NCBI GenBank assembly: GCA_964016885.1
Contig: OZ024742.1
Location: forward strand, 78,926,001-78,990,000
Direction of reading: 5' to 3'
Source: Eledone cirrhosa
Taxonomy: Eukaryota
DNA length: 64,000 bases
Made by a program: the position numbers and the translations under genes. Below, one piece after another: positions 39,932 through 53,551 of this stretch (position 1 is its first letter; each line of letters begins with the position of its first letter). The notes under the pieces are model-generated. The model worked only from the letters and a program-made list of their open reading frames with translations. It was not told where the DNA came from and did no database searches.

Positions 39932-40113
39932 TATATATATATATATTAATATATATATGGAATGTATACATGTATATGAATGCAAGCATAGAGAAATATA
40001 GACATATAGATAGATACATATTCTAAAATATACAGATATGCATATTATATCATCATCATCATCATTGTTTAACGTCTATCTTCCACGCTAGCATATAATA
40101 TATATATATATAT

Positions 40114-40145
<32 letters not shown>

Positions 40146-40682
40146 ATATATTATATATATATATATATTATATATATATATATATCACACATATATATAT
40201 AATCATCATCATTGTCAAATGTCCATTTCCCACACTAAATATATATATATGAGTGTGTGTATGTGTATGTGTGTGTGTGTGTGTATGTTGTGAAATAACA
40301 AAGCCACCAACAAAATACAATGAAGAAATATATTAGTTTAACACTTGAAATATATATACATAAATATATACATATATACATACATATATCCATATGCAAA
40401 TACATATATATGCATATATACAAATGGAAAAAATTAAATTTCATTTCTCATATACAAATATATACATATATACGCATATATACACATATATTTACATACA
40501 TACATACATACATATACACGCATATATACACATATATATATATACATACATACATATATATATGCATACATACATATATACATACATATATATACATATA
40601 TGTATATATAAATGTTTTTATATGTATAATAAAGCAAAAATATATATACATACATATATATATATATACACATATATATTAT

Positions 40683-40757
<75 letters not shown>

Positions 40758-40776
40758 TATATACACACATATATAT

Positions 40777-40827
<51 letters not shown>

Positions 40828-40839
40828 CATAAATAACAC

Positions 40840-41980
40840 ATCACGTTAGTGCTATGCACAGTAGTGGGGGTGGCTAGAGTGAGTTTCGTGAGGAATTCAA
40901 GGTACAAGGAGTTCATCAGGGTTCGGTTCTCAGCCCACTACTATTAATTATAGTTCCCTAGGCTATAACATAGGAGTTTACGACTGCCCATGGAAACTTC
41001 TCTATGCAGATGATCTGACTCTTACAGCTGAATCCATTAAAGAATTAGAGAATAAGTTCCAATTATTGAAACAGACTTTGGAATCACAATAGGTCTGAGA
41101 GTAAACTTAGCTAAAACTAAAGTGCTTGTGAGTAGGAGAGAATATAGGACCCTGATTTCTTCTGGGAAGTGGCCCTGCTCAATATGTAGAAAGTGAGTAG
41201 GCATAAACTCCATATGATGTACACAATGTAAATCTTGGATACACAAGTGATGTAGTGGGATAATGAGTAGACTAACTGGAAGGGAAGACTTTGTATGTAG
41301 ATGCAAAGGGGTAACTGAGTGGACAAGCACCTGTGATTTAAGCCTATTCTAGTCACAGGAAGAAATCATAGAAGTGGTCGACTTCTGCTATCAAGGCGAC
41401 TTAATTAACAACAGAAGAGGGTGCTCTAAGAGCATAATAGCTAGAATAAGGATAAGACATAATGATTTTCCACTACTGACCACAAAAGAATTCACCTGTT
41501 GTACAAAAGGACAACTGTATGATGCCTGTGGGAGAAGTGCAATGCTGCATAGTAGTGAAACATGGTCTGTGGCTGCAGAGAACATGTGTAGAGTGGAGAG
41601 AAATCAAGGAACTATGCTTTATTGGATGTGCAATATAAGTCTGAGAGAAAGGCAGAGCTTGGATAAGTCGAGGGAGAAGCTGGGTTTAGAGGAATCTGAG
41701 GTGGTCTGTAGGAGAATACTGTATTGGTGCAAACATGTGATGTGCATGGATGATGATCGATGCGTGAAGAAGTGTCAGTAAATCCCTCTGGAAGGAAGCT
41801 GCAGTAGAGATAGACCAAGAAGGACCTGGGCAGAGGTTGTGAGAGCTGACCTCAAATCACTGACAGTACTGAGGAGATGACAAAGGAACACGATGAGAGG
41901 GAAGATGGTGTACTGAGAAGGACCCATCCAAACCATGCAAGGATGGAAAAACCAACAGAAAAACGATAATAATGATGATA
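40840..41980 (+). mobile_element. Older decayed RTE LINE fragment (RT C-terminus, PHD, 3' end)
   Basis: [47 protein letters not shown]; many stops. Confidence 0.88.
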
Positions 41981-42002
41981 GACATACATATATACATACA
42001 TG

Positions 42003-42070
42003 CATCATCATCATCATCATCATCAACGTTTAACGTCCGTGTTCCACGCTTGCATGGGTTTGGACGGATA
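42003..42070 (-). mobile_element. Tail-only (~70 bp) copy of RTE lineage B
   Basis: Reverse complement of CCGTCCAAACCCATGCAAGCGTGGAACACGGACGTTAAACGTT(GAT)n. Confidence 0.85.
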
Positions 42071-42073
42071 CAA

Positions 42074-42109
<36 letters not shown>

Positions 42110-42254
42110 ATGTGTATGTAAAAGGTAAACAGAAATAACAACACAATCAGTACAGTATATGGAAGGTATATATTAGGTTAACGCTTGATATAGCAGGAAG
42201 AAGATCTTAACGTTTTGGACACTAGCCCTTCATCAGAACAAAGAATGAGAAATA

Positions 42255-42256
42255 AA

Positions 42257-42295
<39 letters not shown>

Positions 42296-42847
42296 TACAC
42301 ACATACACATATATATATATATAACACATACATATATATACATATATATATACATATACATACACATATATATATACATACACATATATATACATATGCA
42401 TACATATATATACATATACATATAAATACATATATATATACATATACATGCATATATACACATGCATACATATATATATATATACATATATATACATATA
42501 CATGCATATATATACATGCATACATATATATATATACATATATATATACATATATATACATATACATGCATATATATATGCATATATATATACATATACA
42601 TGCATATATATATGCATATATATATACATATACATGCATATATATACACATATACATGCATATATATACACATATACATGCATATATATACATTTACATA
42701 CATATATATATACATACATATATACATACATATACATGTACATGTATATACATACATATACATATATATACATACATATACATATATATACATACATATA
42801 TATATACATATACATATACATACATATATATATGTATATATATGTAT
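42255..42847. repeat. Compound (TA)/(TACA)/(TGCA) microsatellite
   Basis: Accounts for the first ~210 aa of the 795-aa ORF. Confidence 0.95.
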
Positions 42848-45679
42848 AAGTGGGCAGATAAGATAATAGACGTAAATAGTGTGAACGACAGAATAATTAA
42901 AATACGACTTGTCCTCAATAGAACTACGGTGACAGTAATATCTGCGTACGCACCCCAATCCGGACTGCCCGGCACTATAAAAGAGAGATTCTATGAGACA
43001 CTGTTGCTAACTACCTCCCAAATATCTGACAGTGACTATATAATTATTGCAGGCGACCTAAATGGTCACGTTGGACAACATTGTGACGGCTACGATGAAA
43101 TCCATGGAGGCTATGGGTTTGGTACTAGAAATGAGGAAGGCTCCAGAATCCCGGAATTCTGTGATGCAAATAACCTAACTATCTGTAACACTAACTTCAA
43201 AAAACGTGACAATCACTTGATCACCTATAGATCGGGGGAACACACAAGCCAGGTAGATTATATCCTTACCAGAAGACGTGACAGAGTGTCTGTTGTTAAC
43301 ACTAAATCCCACCCCCATGAAGAATTCACCTCCCAACATAGACTGATAATTAGCGACCTCATAGTCAGGACGAGACGTACTCGACAGCAGAAGAGGACTA
43401 TCCTCAGGAGGAAAATATGGAAGCTAAAGGACCCCACAGCCAGAAATAAATTTCAAAGCATATTACTTGCTGCTTTCAACAGTAAGGAAGAGCATCTAGA
43501 GTCGGACAATATAGAGGGACAGTGGGAATTTCTGAAAGCAAACCTGCTGTTGGCGACAGACGAAGTCTGTGGCTGGAGCAGGCCTGTAGGCAGGAGGAGA
43601 GTAACATGGTGGTGGAACAGTAAGGTGGAGGGGTCAATTAAGGCCAAAAAGCAGGCTTGGAAAGTATGGCGGGATGGGGGAAGTAGAGTAGACTATCAAG
43701 TGGCCAGGAGGGAAGCTAGGAGAGAAGTGTACTTAGCAAGAAGGGAAGCTGAGGAAAGAAAGTTCAAGCATGTTCTACAATGCGATGACCAAAAACGTGA
43801 GGTGTTCAGGATTGCTAGGCAATGCGTCAAGGAAAACCGTGATATTGTCGGGGAGAAGTGTGTACTTAACGATGATGGCATACTTGCCATCACCGACACT
43901 GATAAGAAGGTAGCTTGGAAGTGTCACTATGAAAGGCTACTAAATGAGGAGAATAAATGGGAGAAAGACAGTCTCCCCCATATCGACCCAATAGAGGGAC
44001 CAGCAGTGTTAGTCGAGGGGAGTATAATAAGTAAGGCAATCAAGGATATGAAGACGGGTAAGGCGGCTGGGCCTTCGGAAATAGTTGCTGAGATGCTGAA
44101 GGCATCTGGCACGGTGGGACACACCATGGTCACCCGCATAGTTAACCAAGTCGTACAGAATGGGGTTGTTCCGAAGGACTGGCATAGCAGCATCATCGTT
44201 AACTGTTATAAGGGTAAAGGAGACGCCCTAGATAGGAGTAACTATAGAGGCATTAAATTAATCGACCAGGTCATGAAGGTCACGGAAAAAGTAATAGCGC
44301 AACTAATCAGAGAGAGAATTGACCTAGATGAAATGCAGTTCGGGTTTGTGTCAGGCAAAAGCACCACAGACGCTCTTTTCATAGTACGACAACTACAGGA
44401 GAAGTACCTAGCTAAAGGTAAACCCCTCTACTTAGCTTTTGTCGACCTGGAGAAAGCCTTCGACAGAGTCCCCCGCTCCATTATCTGCTGGGCTCTTAGA
44501 AAACTAGGCGTTGACGAATGGCTTGTGAGGGCTATACAAGCCATGTATAAAGAAACAGTCAGCAAGGTTAGAATTAACAACGAATATAGTGAAGAGTTTT
44601 AGCGTAAAAGTTGGCGTCCATCAGGGCTCTGTTCTCAGCCCCCTACTATTTATTATTGCCCTTCAGGCTATAACAGAGGAGTTCAAGACAGGCTGCCCGT
44701 GGGAACTCCTATACGCAGACGACCTGACACTCATAGCGGAATCAATGGCCGAGCTAGAGAAGAAATTCCAAACATGGAAGCACGGCCTAGAGTCAAAAGG
44801 ACTTAAAATTAACCTGGCTAAGACCAAAGTTCTAGTTTGTAGGAAAGAAAACAAGGCGGCGGTCCCTTCTGGGAAATGGTCGTGCTCGGTGTGTAGGAAA
44901 GGCGTAGGTAGAAACTCCATTTTATGTCCTAAATGCAAAGTATGGGTGCATAAAAGATGTAGTGGGATCACAGATAAGCTAACTAAGAACATAGATTTTA
45001 CATGTGGCCGGTGTTCTGGTGCAATAAGTAGCAGCAAGTGCCCACAAATACTAGCTCTTTCAATTGCGCAGAGGGTTCTATAGAAATAGTGGACAGCTTC
45101 CGTTACCTGGGCGATAAAATCAGCAGTGGGGGAGGGTGCTCTGAAAGTACTGTAGCTAGAGTCAGAACTGGTTGGAAAAAGTTCAGAGAGCTTATACCAC
45201 TATTAGCTGCTAAAGGGTTCTCCCTAAAAATGAAAGGCAGGTTGTACGATGCCTGCATACGAACAGCAAGGTTGCATGGCAGTGAGACCTGGGCATTGTG
45301 TGCAGAGGATATACGCAGACTAGAGAGGAACGAAGCTTGCATGCTCTGCTGGATGTGTAACAGTAATATACGTGAATGGCAAAGCATAAACGAACTCAGG
45401 AAAAAATTAGAGATAAGAGGGATCAGATGTTGTTTACTCGAGAGAAGGCTACGTTGGTATGGACACGTGATGCGCATGAAAGTCGATAGCTGTATAACAA
45501 AGTGCAGGGCAATAAAGATAGACGGTAGCCACGGAATAGGCAGACCTAGAAAAACCTGGGACGAGCTGATAAACTCCGACCTCACACACTTACACCTCTC
45601 CAAGACAATGTCACTGGACCGAGACCTTTGGCGGTACTCAGTAACAGAGAAGACCCACCTTGCCAGTAGGCATCTCTAA
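42848..45679 (+). pseudogene. RTE endonuclease/reverse transcriptase ORF, +1 frameshift in T-run ~44597-44600 and -1 frameshift near ~45040
   Basis: ORFs 42215-44602, 44589-45083 and 45038-45679 join into one APE-RT protein. Confidence 0.9.
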
Positions 45680-46040
45680 CAAAATACACCCCGTCCCGCC
45701 ACCACCCCCACCCCATCCACACCACCCCGTTCTATCTAAAGTTATGTTGGTGCCGCGCCATCCAGGCCGAAACAAATGAGATCGTGTAGGTGTCACGACA
45801 AAAAAACACACAGTCCACGCTGTAATGTGGCCGTGTAGGCAACACGGTAAAAACCTCCCAGACCCACACTGTAAATGTGGTTGGTGTTAGGAAGGGCATC
45901 CAACTGTAGAAAACCTGCCAGACAGTCCTATGCGAGCAAGACAATCACTCTTGCCTCAAGTGGGACTACCCCCGTCCAAACCCATGCAAGCGTGGAACAC
46001 TGACGTTAAACGTTGATGATGATGATGATGATGATGATGA
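42848..46040 (+). mobile_element. RTE LINE lineage B, 5'-truncated within APE; APE-RT-PHD ORF with two frameshifts; ~360-bp 3' UTR; (GAT)n tail
   Basis: [30 protein letters not shown] (APE); [32 protein letters not shown] (RT); CSVC..CPKC..H..C..CGRC. Confidence 0.96.
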
Positions 46041-46937
46041 TACATATAGATACATATATATATATACATATACATACACATATATACATATACATAAACA
46101 TACATACATATAAACATACATATATATATATATATACACATATACATGCATATATATACATATACATACATATACTTTGTGTGTATGTATGTGTATGTGT
46201 GTGTATATATAATACACACAAACACGCTTCTGTATCTGTATATATACATACATACACATACACACACAAAGTAGATAATATAAAATGAAAACAGAAGAAA
46301 GGAAACAATAAATAATAAGTGATGTGTTTGCCATTTATGTCTCTTCAATAGTAAATGATGAGAAAACTGCTCAGTTGAATGATGGGGAGCTGGTGTTGGT
46401 GGGGGAGGGGAGTGATGGGGGAGGGGGTCCATAGTATGAGATGGTGAGAGATAGAGGGAGTATGAAAGAAACTGAACACTGAGAGGCTGATTGAGAGAGG
46501 GGGTGAGAAATAGAGAAAGAGAGGGGGTGAGAGAGAGAGAGAAAGAGATGAGGTGAGAGAGAGGGGTGGGAGAAAAAGGGAGGCTGAGAGAGAGAGATGG
46601 AGAGGAACTAGTGAGTGGATTGTTTGGTAGAATGATGGTTTTACCATCTACCAAAACATTTCAGTGTTTTAGCAAATCAAGCAATTTCTATGAATGTATT
46701 TAGAATGAGCATACAAATACCATGATGTCTTATGCTTCTTCATTTATTTGTTTGTTTATCTATTTATTTATCTACTTATTCATTTATTTGTAAGTTTAAT
46801 ATTCTCTTTGTTTTTGTTGTTGGCACTATATTTCTTTCAAAGCAATCATCAACAAATTGCAATCTTCTAGACACTATCAAAAACAAAACAAAATTTTAAA
46901 AAAAACGAAAATTGTAAATTCTATTGGATAAAATGGA

Positions 46938-46984
<47 letters not shown>

Positions 46985-47514
46985 AATTGTAGTGTTAGAG
47001 AGCCAGGAAGAAAAGAGATATATATCTAAATATGTTATTTTGCTGAGTTGACACTAACCAGTAGATCATCATCATCATCATCAATTCTTTTTTTTCCCCC
47101 TCATTTGAGAGACTTTTTTTGTGGCAGTATTCTACAACTAGATATCCTTCAATATGCCAGCTATAACTTGTGTTTAACCATTTTCGTACTGAACCACCAG
47201 GAACTCATTTTGTTTCTACAATATAAATTATTTGTTTTAAAATAATTACATTTATCTAAAATTCTTACATCATAATTTTCTGTTTTACTTTTAAAATGCA
47301 AAAACCTGTATATATAAACTCATAAATACCAATCTATATCAAATGATCATATTGATACTGTTAATCAATAAATTTACTTGACTTCACAGGATTTTCATTC
47401 CCTAGATGTATTTTAACTAGTTATATCCCATCAACTGAAGAATACATAGACCACCACCATCACTACCACAATGATATATGCCTGGACAATGTGAGAAAAT
47501 GCCCTCCAAGGTTC

Positions 47515-48600
47515 AGATTAAAGAAAAGCATTACCGAAAAGGATAGCAAGGGAGATGCATTAAAATAGCCAATCAAACTTGCAGGGCTCACTTCTGGGAG
47601 GAAGGGGCAACTCTATTCTGACAGTAGTGAGTCAGGAGGTGGTTTGGAAACCAAGAACACTGAATGCTCAATGACAAACCTATCAGAAAATAACTGATAA
47701 TTCAACAACTTGCAATCTTCAACTATTTGGAGAAAAAAAGCAGGACTGCGCCATGTTGGTGCTGGAGAAAATGGTGTAGCATGCCCTGTCACAGATGAGG
47801 GGCTTACCACAAAGGAATAAGAAGTTTATGATGACATTGGTCCATTTGCAATCTTCATGGTCTAACCCCACTGGTTCAATCTGTGATAAATAGCTAGCAG
47901 CATCCAAGCCATGTTTAATGATTACATTGAGAGTAGCAGAGCAAACGAGGTAATCACAACTATTGAGAGTAGTATGGCAAGGGAGGCAATCGCCACTATA
48001 GCGGCATGACAGTGGCTGAAAGCTAAAAGCATCGGCAGTGGATTCAGAGCAGCATTATGTTCCTTACAGATCCAGACTGTAAGTCTTAGGGAAACACCAA
48101 TGCATAGACAGCCACTGTCCAGTTAGGTTCCACTTGACAGAAATGGGACAGCATTTAAACAGGCACCAGTAAGGGAGTGGGAGTCAAAGCAGAAACATGC
48201 CAGATTGTGCTGTTCAAGCTGGTGCACAAGGCTGTCCAAAGTTTTAATGCACTTCATTGCATACCATTTGTGTTTGGGAGATTGGACATCCATAGTGGGC
48301 TCAAAGTCACATAGGACACCTGGAGTTCCCTGATTGTAGAAGGTTCCAATGAAAGAAATGCTGGCAAAGCCAATGAAATTAGAGACCAAGGCCACTGTAT
48401 TTGGTGGGTTAGGTTGCTTGTTGTTATCCGGTGTCATTGAACTGGATATTGTATATCTCCTCTGCACCATACCAGATGCAAGCATCGAGATCTGTGAGAT
48501 GAGACATGATTGTAACAGAGAGTATTGCACATGGTTTAAAAAAGCTTACACATGATGAGACAGTTCCTCAATAGGAAGAGGACCAGATGCACTTCAAACA
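47515..48600 (-). mobile_element. Decayed CRE-like non-LTR retrotransposon (C-terminal zinc-knuckle/restriction-like endonuclease region)
   Basis: Minus-strand pieces TGACLNAVP, LDSGCLCIGVSLRL, QPLSCRYS..CHTTLN, IIKHGLDAA..IEPVGLDHED, GKPLICD, ISLAILFGNA resemble CRE motifs SGAWL.A.P, IAVALRLG, H.LSC, EP.GL.R.DGKRPD, RISLAIQRGNA (recalled, not searched). Confidence 0.7.
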
Positions 48601-50581
48601 CCAGATAAATAATAAATTTAATTATATTACTAAATCCTTCAAAATTCTTGATTATTTTTTTAATTGATTTAAAAACCATAAAAATGGAAAATAAGCCTTT
48701 AATGGTAGTGATGATAATCACAACGATGTACATCAGTAAGAATATGAACATTGATGAGAAAACTTAAAAACTGGCGCTTTATAAATGAAGTCCATAGAAC
48801 TGTTTGTTTTGCATCTATTTCTGAGAACTCCTCTTGACTTGCTCATTGTCTGAAATATATGTTTTGCACAAAGTCAACTTGACAGACTAAGCTCTCATCT
48901 AAAACCTTAACAATTCCACTTATGTCTCACCCTGAACTACTTTATTTTATCTAATCCAAAAGAATGAAAAATAAAATTGACTTTGGTGGGATCTGAACTC
49001 AAAGTACAGAGTTTCAGAACAAATACTACGAGACATTTTATTCTAAGCTCTAATAATAATAATGAAAATATTGTGTAGTGCTGAGGTGCACTACAACTCA
49101 TCAAAAAGTGTATGTATAGTACATAGGGTAATGTACAAACGTCAGGAAAATGAACAGTGCATGAGTCATGATATACACATGTGTGCATGTGTATGGAAGG
49201 GGTACATCAGGTGTAGTTTTGGCGAATTTCGGGAAGCATGAGGGTTTTAAAGGATGCAGTGTCTCGGCAGCTAACAACTGATTCACTGCTTTATCTAATT
49301 ATAAGAGACAACACTCAAATTTACAAAGAAAATGCAATAACGACTGCTTGTGTTTACCTCTGATTTTAAGAGATAAATTGTTCCCTCACTAAGATGCAAG
49401 TCTATGGTAGGTAAGATTTTTTAGTGATCTCATTCATATTCACAACAACTCATTGAACCAAGGCATATAAAATCTTAGTAACAAAACAACATGCTGTCAT
49501 TATTTGTGCTCAAGATCAAAGAGCAGACTGCATTTACACTTATCCATCAAGTAAGACATTTTTTCTAACCATGATACTGTTATTAATATTAATACAACCA
49601 CAAGCCATCAATCATACTCACTAAGCAAGTATAACTTGCATAAGAAATTTCAAAATAAAATATGAAAAATATATATGATGTTTGTTTTTTGTTGTTTTTT
49701 TGTGTGCTTCTTTTCAAAAATAACCTACGTTATTGAATAGTAAAGAATTTGATAGTAGTGGTAAGGTGGTTGGTACGGGAATATAGAATGGTAGAGTGGT
49801 ATGGATTGGAAACTTGAAATGTTTGTCAGATACAGATAGAAGTCTTTTAGGAATTCTGATATCAATAATACAAGAAATGGAAATCTGAAACCCAAGATGT
49901 AAAGATCTAATAAAATGAAATGAAATAAAATAAAGATAAGTTATAAGAGAAACTAAAAAATAGATGCATAAATAAAAATATAAAACATTAAAATCCAATC
50001 CAACTGACTTTCTCTAATCAAGCCATATATATGTAAAGACAAACACGTAAACAGATTTACACAGATATGTATGTGTATATACATATATATACTCTCTCTC
50101 TCTTATATAATATATACACACATACACACACAGGTATATACACATGCATACAAATATATACAATTATGCATATGAAAATATTAATTTGAGAAACCTAAAG
50201 CTATGTATGTTTGTATGTACATATGAATATGTATGTATATGCATGTTTACACCTGTGTCTATATACATGCATGTGTGAGTGCATATATATATATATATAG
50301 GTGAATATGTGGATGACTGTGTGTGTGCATGTGTGTATGCACGTGTTGATGTGTCCAAATACTGTTTATACTGTTGGTGTTATGTCTGTGCAATGCATAT
50401 ACTTTTACTCATGTATATGCATGTGTTGTGAGTGGTGTTTGCATTATATTTCACCAAATTTAATTAAGAAAGAAGCTTTATAACACCCATCCCCACCTCT
50501 TTCAATCCCCATGTGATCTATCTTACACCTACAGCTACGTAGACACCAACACACATTTACGCACATACACACATATACATA

Positions 50582-50619
<38 letters not shown>

Positions 50620-50628
50620 CATATACAT

Positions 50629-50669
<41 letters not shown>

Positions 50670-50927
50670 CATATACATACACATATATATATACATAGAC
50701 ATATATATATATATATATACGCACATACATAAATATACATAGACATATTTATATATATATATATAAATACATATACATATACACACACATATATATATAT
50801 ATATATAAATACATATACATACACATATATATATATAAATGCATATACATACATATACATTCATACATACATATACATAGACAGACACACACACACATTA
50901 TATATATATATAACGGACGTAAAACGG

Positions 50928-50994
<67 letters not shown>

Positions 50995-51764
50995 CACATA
51001 CAGATAATGATAAATATTTTGCCAGACAGTAGAACCAGGAAGATTAGAATAATACAGAGAATGAAAACATTTCCATATGACCAGAGTTTACTGTTCTGAA
51101 GAAGAAGATAACTTAGCAGTGGAAGTTAGTCTCAACATTTGGTGTATATATGTTGGTTGGTGGCAGTGGTCTTTTTTAGCTCATCTTTTTAACCTTTTTG
51201 ATAGCAAACCACCTAGAGTCACACCTGGTTCATCATCTTCATCACCATTTAACATCCATTTTTCCATGTAGCATGGTTTAGACAAAGTTGTCCTCTCATG
51301 AGTCAAATCAGATCAGATGACTGTATCTTGCTCATACAGAACTGATTTTTAGCTTGGTTTCTACAGCTGGGTGCTCTTCCAAATGCCAACCACATTTAAA
51401 GTGTGTATTGAGGCACCAAAACAACAACTTTACAGTGTGGGCTGAGTGCTTTTTTTATGACACTTATATGACCACTTTACACTGATAATATCTATTTATT
51501 TCAAAGTGTTTTTATTTATAAAAAAAAATAAATTTATTTAAGAACTTTTGTTTTATGTAAGAACTTTTGTCAGCTTAATAATGAGAAAATTAGTTACATT
51601 ATTATTCTCCTCGAAATTCTTCATGATTTTCAAAATTGATTGGAATACATAACCAGCCATTTATTAGTGGACCATATTACTAATGAAAAGCACTGCCTAT
51701 GATTTAGCTGTGAAAATTGTCAAGAATTTGGAGGGATTTGGTTAGATAAACCTTTTGACATATT

Positions 51765-52112
51765 TGTGGATGTGTAATGTTAGTGTGCATGAACAATGAA
51801 GTACAGATAAACTGATATAAGAGGAATCAGATGCAGAGTGAAGGAAGGGATAGTGTGCAGGTACAGAGCTATAATGCATGTGGGTGATAATCAGTGAATG
51901 AGAAAGTGTCAGAAGTTCAAAGAGGAAGAAAACTATGGACGAGGAAAACCGAGAAAGACATCTGCCAGAAATGGCAAAAGCTGATCTCAGGATGATGACC
52001 TTCATAAAGGATATGACAAAGCCTAGAAACAAGGAGATGGACCATACTGGAGAAGACTCATCTGATGCATGCAAACATGGAACAATTCACATAAAAAAGA
52101 TAAAGATGATGT
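51765..52112 (+). mobile_element. Very old RTE 3' fragment
   Basis: WMCNVSV..., GRGKPRKT, ADLRMM..DMTK, ATGCAAACATGG tail remnant. Confidence 0.65.
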
Positions 52113-52133
52113 TTGCAAAAAAACAAAGAGTTA

Positions 52134-52301
52134 CCGTATTTTCTGGCATCGAAGACACTACTTTTTTTCCTAAAATAAGTCTAAAAAATCTGCCATGTGT
52201 CCTGGAGGCCGAATGTTGTTTATTATTTTTTTTTTATTTTTGGTTGTCAAAATTAGGGTGTGTCCTCGAGGACGAAGTGTCTTCGGCGCTGGGAAATACG
52301 G
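52134..52301. mobile_element. Tc2-type MITE
   Basis: TA-CCGTATTTTCTGGC ... GCTGGGAAATACGG-TA. Confidence 0.8.
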
Positions 52302-53220
52302 TATGTAAATTATATGGGAAGATTTTATTTTAGATATGAATGCTTTAAAATTTAGTTTTGTATCATAGAATGAGAAGCAGTCTTAAGCATGTTATCAAAG
52401 CTGGTTAAGATTACCTGTTGCTGTTATTTAACCCTATGTAAGCTCTGAATCATGACATCTTAGGTAACTGTCTTCTAGCATAGCCTCAAGTCAACCCAGT
52501 CCTTTCGAGAAAAATTTGTGAGATGGAAATTATGTGGAATTTTCTTCACATGGATTTTGTCATTAATTCAAAATTCCAGCTATTTCACATACTGTGTCAT
52601 GCTGATTCTGCCTGAGGATTCTGCCTAAGAGTACTCATTGCCTGTGAAATACTCAACTACTAACATAATAGTTCAAGAAATTAGTTTAGTTAATCAAACA
52701 GCTGAATACTCATTATCAAAACCAAAAAGTGATTAATTTTTCCTAAATGTTGGTGAGAACATCAAGATTAACAGGCTAAATGAGCCTACTAATATGTGAT
52801 TGTAAAGAGAAGGCAAGAAAATAGAAGAGGGCACTATCATTTTTGATGCATCAGAGTAATGTAGGATTTTAAGTGGAGTGCCTATCCTCAAATTACCCAA
52901 GGTAACATTTTATTGTTATCTATTGTTTTTATAGAATTTGCTTTTATTTGATGTAAATCTTCATTGTTCTTGTATTTCACTTGTGCAACATCCCCAATGT
53001 TTTGAACCCCTTTGGCTAATAAATGACTCTTTATTCTACACTATTATCATGATCATCATCATCATCATTTTACACATGTTTTCTATATTTTATCATTATT
53101 ATTAATAACTTTAGCATTGTCAGGTATGTCATGAGGAAGGTTTGTAATATAAAAACAGTTTCCTTTCTGCCAGAATACAAAGACTTAACATGCAAGTAGT
53201 ATCAAGCATCTCAGACAAAT

Positions 53221-53260
<40 letters not shown>

Positions 53261-53387
53261 AAAAAATTGTGCATGCATGAGAGAGAGAGAGAAACAATGC
53301 TCATTTCATTTCACTTGTTGAATACCTAATGTTAGAACTTTGTTTCTAAGTTTTAACTTGATACTGGATATTATAAGATACCCAAAT

Positions 53388-53551
53388 AGGCGGTGGATTG
53401 GCATGCTTTGCAGCATAGACTTACGGCCCTTTATGATCTGAGTTCAAATCCCGCCAAGGTTAGCTTCGCCTTTAATCCTTACGGGGTTGATAAAATAAAG
53501 TACCAGTAATGTACTGAGGTATTTGCTGGCCTTGTGCTAAATGTAGAAACA
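53388..53551 (+). mobile_element. SINE family 1 with 18-bp TSD
   Basis: TSD ATTATAAGATACCCAAAT at 53370-53387 and 53552-53569. Confidence 0.92.

Noticed and set aside
42215-42847. N-terminal ~210 aa of the 795-aa ORF as a novel YIH-rich domain fused to RT
   Set aside because: It is stop-free microsatellite read-through upstream of a 5'-truncated LINE
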